Source of the DNA: Candidatus Rokuibacteriota bacterium
Lineage (GTDB): Bacteria > Methylomirabilota > Methylomirabilia > Rokubacteriales > DASRDR01
Assembly (NCBI GenBank): GCA_044866005.1
Contig: JBIOTN010000034.1
Span: forward strand, 1-11,076
DNA: 11,076 nt
Reading direction: 5' to 3'
A program made the position numbers and the translations under genes. Positions 7,485 through 11,076 of this stretch are shown here, piece after piece; the stretch's first letter is position 1; each line of letters starts with the position of its first letter. The notes below the pieces were generated by a model, which did no database searches, was not told where the DNA came from, and worked only from the letters and a program-made list of their open reading frames with translations.

Positions 7485-7511
7485 GGCCCACCCTCCCAGG
7501 CCCACCCTCCC
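7485..7511 (-). repeat. 13-bp direct repeat (period 14) forming a six-tract G-quadruplex motif on the mRNA strand
   Basis: GGCCCACCCTCCC at 7485-7497 and 7499-7511. The minus strand reads GGGAGGGTGGGCCTGGGAGGGTGGG. Confidence 0.85.
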
Positions 7512-7565
7512 GACCCTTTGAGGTGGGGCGAGGCACCGGAGAGGGGCGTCGAGGCCCCGAAGGTC

Positions 7566-8891
7566 TCAGCGCGCCCCGAAGGGCGAGGAGGCGGGCAGCG
7601 GGAGCGTGGGCGGCACCGTCTCCACGGTCTTGGGATAGACGTGCTTGAACACGCCCTCCTGGACCTGGTAGACCGCCGCGATCGCCCGCTCGTTCTGCCC
7701 CGCCATGGAATGCCCCGGGGGGAAGAACTTGACGCCGTAGCCCTGCATCGTCCCGCCCTCGGGAATGTCGGTCTCGCGCGCGGCCTTGGCCAGCGACTCC
7801 GGGCTCCAGTCCCCGTACTTCTGGATCGCCCGCGGGAGCACGTCGTTGAAGAGCACCCACATGTTGTTGAAGCCCATCGACACGTGGGGGGCGATCGCCT
7901 CGGTCCGGACCGTCGGGTCGTAGAGCTTCTTGTAGCGGGTGACCATCTCCGCGGTGAGCTCGGCGACGCCGGGCTTGAGCCGGGTCGGCGACACGAGCTG
8001 GGAGGCGGGGGGATCCACCGTGTGGAAGCCTTCGATCTCGTTGCCGAACGCCTCCTTCAGCTTGTCGAGCTGGCTGTGGCCGGCGCCGTGTCCGATGTAG
8101 GCGCGGACCCGCAGCCCCTGCTCCTTGGCCTGGCGCAGGAACAGGGCGATGTCGGGGTTGTACCCGGTGTGGTAGAGCACGTCCGGGCGGGCCGCGCGCA
8201 GCTTGGTGACGAGCGAGGAGAGGTCCGGGGCGCTCGCGGAATACCCCTCCTTGAGGACGATCTGCATGCCGACCTTCTTGGCTTCCGCGTCGTTCGACGT
8301 CGCGACGCCGGTCCCGTACGGGCCGTCCTCGTAGATGATCGCGACCCGCAACTCCTTCGGGTCTTTCTTCAGGCGCTCCCGCGAGTACCCCGCGATGTAC
8401 TGCACGGAGGCCTGGCCGAAGAGCCCGCTGTTCGTCTGGGGGCGGAAGACGTACTGGAGGTTCCGGTCCTTGACCACCGCATCGGCGATCGCCGTGGTGA
8501 TCCAGAGGAAGCGCTTCTGCCTGTCCACCTTCTCCGCCAGCGGGACCGCGTGGGCACTCGAGTAGATGCCGGCGAGGATGTCCACCTTCTCCACGTTGAG
8601 CAACCGCTCGGCCTCGTTGATCGCCGCCTCCGCCTTCGATTGGCTGTCGCCGTCGACCTGCACGATCTTGTACTTGCCGAGGACGCCGCCCCGCTCGTTC
8701 ATGTAGTCGATCATCATCTTCGCGCCGCGCCAGCAGTTGAGGGAGCCGGCGGCCGAGAAGGGGCCGGTGTGGTCGTACAGGACGCCGACCTTGATCGTCT
8801 GGCCCTGCGCGTCGGCGGACCAGCCCGGGGCCAGGGCCCACGCGACGCCTCCGGCGAGGACGAGCGCCAGCACGAACCGGAGTGGCTTCAT
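7566..8891 (-). CDS. Substrate-binding protein of a Liv/HAAT-family ABC importer (LivJ/K-like fold, ligand unknown), 441 aa
   Basis: AAGGAGG RBS at 8896-8902. Sec-type signal peptide (MKPLRFVLALVLAGGVAWALAPGWSADA). Motifs IKVGVLYDHTGPFS, NERGGVLG, GIYSS, IIYEDGPYG and DLSSLVTKLRAARPD. Confidence 0.93.
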   Translation of the reverse strand: MKPLRFVLALVLAGGVAWALAPGWSADAQGQTIKVGVLYDHTGPFSAAGSLNCWRGAKMMIDYMNERGGVLGKYKIVQVDGDSQSKAEAAINEAERLLNVEKVDILAGIYSSAHAVPLAEKVDRQKRFLWITTAIADAVVKDRNLQYVFRPQTNSGLFGQASVQYIAGYSRERLKKDPKELRVAIIYEDGPYGTGVATSNDAEAKKVGMQIVLKEGYSASAPDLSSLVTKLRAARPDVLYHTGYNPDIALFLRQAKEQGLRVRAYIGHGAGHSQLDKLKEAFGNEIEGFHTVDPPASQLVSPTRLKPGVAELTAEMVTRYKKLYDPTVRTEAIAPHVSMGFNNMWVLFNDVLPRAIQKYGDWSPESLAKAARETDIPEGGTMQGYGVKFFPPGHSMAGQNERAIAAVYQVQEGVFKHVYPKTVETVPPTLPLPASSPFGAR

Positions 8892-8921
8892 CGTGCCTCC
8901 TTGGCGGGAAGAGTGTCTGTT

Positions 8922-8950
8922 ACGCTAGCATGGGCCGATCGGCCCGTCCA
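8922..8950 (-). promoter_or_regulatory. Putative sigma70-type promoter of the minus-strand operon
   Basis: Minus strand reads TGGACG (8950-8945), 17 nt, TAGCGT (8927-8922), with an extended -10 TG. It lies about 30 nt upstream of the start codon. A perfect 14-bp palindrome GGGCCGATCGGCCC (8932-8945) fills most of the spacer. Confidence 0.55.
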
Positions 8951-9098
8951 CCGCGTCCCCGGCCGACGGGCGTCCCATCCCGGCGTCCTGCATCACGGCC
9001 GGGACGCGCTCGGCGGCCCACGGCCTCGCGGCGGTCCCGTCCTCCGGAGGCCTCGTCTTGTCGCCACGTGCGCGTGACGCGTGCCTCGCCGCAAAGCT

Positions 9099-9107
9099 TG
9101 CTATCAT
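9099..9107 (+). promoter_or_regulatory. Putative extended -10 promoter (TGcTATCAT) for rpiA-gnd-pgl
   Basis: TG-n-TATCAT matches TATAAT at 5/6 and lies in the most AT-rich patch of the intergenic region. No clear -35 element. Confidence 0.55.
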
Positions 9108-9108
9108 A

Positions 9109-9157
9109 GGGCGCTCCCGCGGGGGGCGCTCCCGCGGGGGGCGCCCCCCGCGGGGGG
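9109..9157 (+). repeat. Tandem repeat of about 3 x 15 bp, GGGCGCTCCCGCGGG
   Basis: Units 9109-9123 and 9124-9138 are identical; 9139-9157 is a variant. Each contains the CCCGCGGG palindrome. G6 runs at 9121-9126, 9136-9141 and 9152-9157. Confidence 0.9.
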
Positions 9158-9189
9158 CCGCGGACCCATCCGGTGAAAGGCGACGTCCC

Positions 9190-9918
9190 ATCGGCGCGAC
9201 GACCGAGCCCCTCGGCCCCCCCAGCCCCGAGGACCTCGCTCGACTCGCGGCGCATGCGCTGGCGCTCGTGCCGGAGAGCGCGCCGGGCGGGACGCTGATC
9301 GGGCTCGGCTCGGGACGGGCCGCCGCCGCCTTCGTCCGCGCCCTCGGCGCGCGGGTCCGTCAGGGGCTCGCGGTCCGGGGCGTGCCGACGTCCGAGCCGA
9401 CCGCCGCGCTGGCCCGCGCGGAGGGGATCCCGCTCGTCCCGCTGGACCGCACGCCGCTCGAGCTGACGGTGGACGGCGCGGACGAGGTCGACCCCGAGCT
9501 GAACCTGATCAAGGGATACGGGGGCGCCCTCGTCCGCGAGCGCATCGTCGCGGCGGCCTCGCGGCGCCAGGTGATCCTCGTCACGGCGGACAAGCTCGTC
9601 CCGCGGCTCGGCAGTCGGGGGCGACTGCCGGTCGAGGTGATCCCCTTCGCCCGCGCCTTCTGCGAAGAGCGGCTCGAGGCGCTGGGGTGCCGGCCCCGCC
9701 TGCGCGAGGCCGAGGGCCGGCCCGTCACCACCGACAGCGGGCACGTGATCCTCGACTGCGCCCTCGTGCCGCCGGACGACCCGGCCGCGCTCGACCGCGA
9801 GATCCGCCGGATTCCGGGGGTCGTGGACACCGGCTTCTTCCTCGGCACCGCCGAGACCGTCCTGGTCGCGGAGGCGGGGACCGTGCGCGTGCTCCGCCCC
9901 GCGCGCGGCCGCCCCTGA
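9190..9918 (+). CDS. rpiA: Ribose-5-phosphate isomerase A (start uncertain)
   Basis: Motifs IGLGSG, VPTS, DGADEVD, LIKGYGGALVRERIVA, LPVEV, TDSGHVILD and IPGVVDTGFF. The TTG at 9058 lies upstream of the probable promoter, so the start is placed tentatively at the in-frame ATC 9190 behind GAAAGG. Confidence 0.93.
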   Translation: MGATTEPLGPPSPEDLARLAAHALALVPESAPGGTLIGLGSGRAAAAFVRALGARVRQGLAVRGVPTSEPTAALARAEGIPLVPLDRTPLELTVDGADEVDPELNLIKGYGGALVRERIVAAASRRQVILVTADKLVPRLGSRGRLPVEVIPFARAFCEERLEALGCRPRLREAEGRPVTTDSGHVILDCALVPPDDPAALDREIRRIPGVVDTGFFLGTAETVLVAEAGTVRVLRPARGRP

Positions 9919-9934
9919 GGCCGGCCCGTGAGGG

Positions 9935-9943
9935 TGGTACCCT
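9935..9943 (+). promoter_or_regulatory. Possible internal extended -10 element (TGgTACCCT) upstream of gnd
   Basis: TG-n-TAnnnT pattern in the 70-bp rpiA-gnd gap, with only a weak -35 (CTGAGG) 17 nt upstream. Confidence 0.25.
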
Positions 9944-9988
9944 GAGACGGCGGCAGCGCCGGCCGGCGCCCGCGTGGAGGACCGACTG

Positions 9989-10888
9989 ATGGAGATCGGG
10001 TTCGTGGGACTCGGACGGATGGGCATGAACATGGTGACGCGACTCCTGCGGGACCGCCACCGGGTCGTCGCCTTCGACCGCTCGGCCGACAAGGCGCGAG
10101 AGGCCGAGGGCCACGGGGCGCGCGCGGCCAAGACGCTCGCCGACCTGGTGGCGCAGCTCACCGCGCCGCGGGCCGTCTGGGTGATGGTGCCGGCCGGGGC
10201 TCCGACCGAGGAGACCATCGGGACCCTCGCGAAGCTCCTCGCCCGGGACGACGTCGTCATCGACGGCGGGAACACGAACTTTCACGACGACGCCCGCCGG
10301 GCCGACGAGCTCGGGCGGGCCGGGCTCCACTACCTCGACGTCGGCACGAGCGGCGGGATCTGGGGGCTCACCGTCGGCTACTGTCTCATGATCGGGGGCG
10401 AGGAGCCGATCTTCCGCCGGCTCGAGCCGATCTTCCGGACGCTCGCGCCGGAGAACGGTTACGGCTACATGGGCGGCCACGGGGCCGGCCACTACGTCAA
10501 GATGATCCACAACGGGATCGAGTACGGGATGATGCAGGCCTATGCCGAAGGGTTCGAGCTCCTGCACAAGAGCCCGTTCGGCCTCGAGCTGCCGGCGATC
10601 GCGAAGCTCTGGATGCAGGGGAGCGTCGTGCGCTCCTGGCTGCTCGAGCTCGCCGCGACGGCGCTCGAGCAGGACCCGCGGCTGGAGAAGATCAAGGGGT
10701 GGGTCGAGGACTCGGGCGAGGGGCGCTGGACCGTGCTCGATGCCATCGACCGCGACGTGCCGCTCTGGACCATCACGGCGTCGCTCTTCGCCCGCTTCCG
10801 GTCGCGCGAGGCCGACCCGTTCGCCGACCGGGTGCTGGCCGCGCTCCGCAACGCCTTCGGCGGGCATGCCGTCCAGCGCCGCGAGTGA
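9989..10888 (+). CDS. gnd: Decarboxylating 6-phosphogluconate dehydrogenase, short-chain (GntZ/YqeC-like) type, 299 aa
   Basis: GGAGG RBS at 9976-9980, then ATG 9989. Motifs GFVGLGRMG, WVMVPAG, IDGGN, DVGTSGG, GAGHYVKMIHNGIEYG, DSGEGRWTV and ALRNAFGGH. Confidence 0.96.
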   Translation: MEIGFVGLGRMGMNMVTRLLRDRHRVVAFDRSADKAREAEGHGARAAKTLADLVAQLTAPRAVWVMVPAGAPTEETIGTLAKLLARDDVVIDGGNTNFHDDARRADELGRAGLHYLDVGTSGGIWGLTVGYCLMIGGEEPIFRRLEPIFRTLAPENGYGYMGGHGAGHYVKMIHNGIEYGMMQAYAEGFELLHKSPFGLELPAIAKLWMQGSVVRSWLLELAATALEQDPRLEKIKGWVEDSGEGRWTVLDAIDRDVPLWTITASLFARFRSREADPFADRVLAALRNAFGGHAVQRRE

Positions 10889-10909
10889 GCGGTTCCGGGC
10901 CGATCCCCG

Positions 10910-10962
10910 TCGCATCCTGGCGTCCTCGGGCCTCGGCCCGGGACCAGGACACTCAGCTGCGA
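10910..10962. repeat. Imperfect hairpin in the gnd-pgl gap
   Basis: TCCTGG-cg-TCC-t-CGGGC[CTCG]GCCCG-GGA-CCAGGA (10915-10949), extendable by TCGCA/TGCGA. No U-tract. Confidence 0.7.
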
Positions 10963-10989
10963 AGGTCCCTGGCGTAGGGTCCGCCACCG

Positions 10990-11076
10990 GTGAGCGACCG
11001 CCGGATCCTGGTGCTCGAGGACGCCGAGGCGGTCGCGCGCGCCGCGGCGGAGCGCGTCGTCGCGCGGGTCCAGGAC
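10990..11076 (+). CDS. pgl: Probable 6-phosphogluconolactonase, 5' fragment (29 codons, runs off the window)
   Basis: GTG start gives MSDRRILVLEDAEAVARAAAERVVARVQD, typical of a Pgl/DevB N-terminus. Its position after gnd supports the call. Only 29 aa are visible. Confidence 0.68.
   Translation, partial: MSDRRILVLEDAEAVARAAAERVVARVQD

Noticed and set aside
485..8841. Same-strand alternative-frame ORFs 485-2173 and 7432-8841, and the part of 6405-7505 that overlaps livG
   Set aside because: Out-of-frame overlaps of real genes with low-complexity composition.
3817..8891. Calling the ABC system the UrtABCDE urea transporter or a proven branched-chain amino acid importer
   Set aside because: Only family-level motifs are visible. 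I see no Urt-specific signatures and no urease genes in the window, so the ligand is left unassigned.
124..9077. Long plus-strand ORFs (124-2010, 1824-3920, 3826-5199, 4767-5966, 5257-6408, 6770-7648, 7287-9077)
   Set aside because: Antisense shadows of well-supported minus-strand genes. They are R/G/P/E-rich with no recognisable motifs, as expected at this GC content.
8920..10987. Minus-strand ORFs 8920-10275 and 9725-10987
   Set aside because: Antisense to rpiA and gnd, with no recognisable domain.

Overview
Very GC-rich bacterial window (roughly 75% GC by eye) with two divergent units separated by about 300 bp containing two sigma70-like promoters. Minus strand, 8891 to beyond base 1: a probable nine-gene operon. 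It encodes a Liv/HAAT-family ABC importer (binding protein, LivG, LivF, LivH, LivM), a His-rich UreH/NiCoT-like Ni/Co permease, and a three-gene lipid module. The module comprises an HX5D acyltransferase resembling fungal Sct1/Gpt2, a Spinster (SPNS)-like MFS transporter, and a membrane protein cut off by the window edge and missing from the ORF track, which resembles the sphingomyelin/IPC-synthase branch of PAP2. Plus strand: pentose phosphate genes rpiA, gnd (short, probably NAD-preferring) and the 5' end of a probable pgl. The best candidate for an undescribed system is the lipid module, whose members resemble eukaryotic (lyso)lipid and sphingolipid proteins. Other points of note are a structured 295-bp insert between livG and livF, two sense-strand G-quadruplex motifs built by tandem duplication, a probable non-canonical rpiA start, and a direct-repeat-flanked hairpin between gnd and pgl. 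All family calls come from motif recognition by eye; no database search was run.
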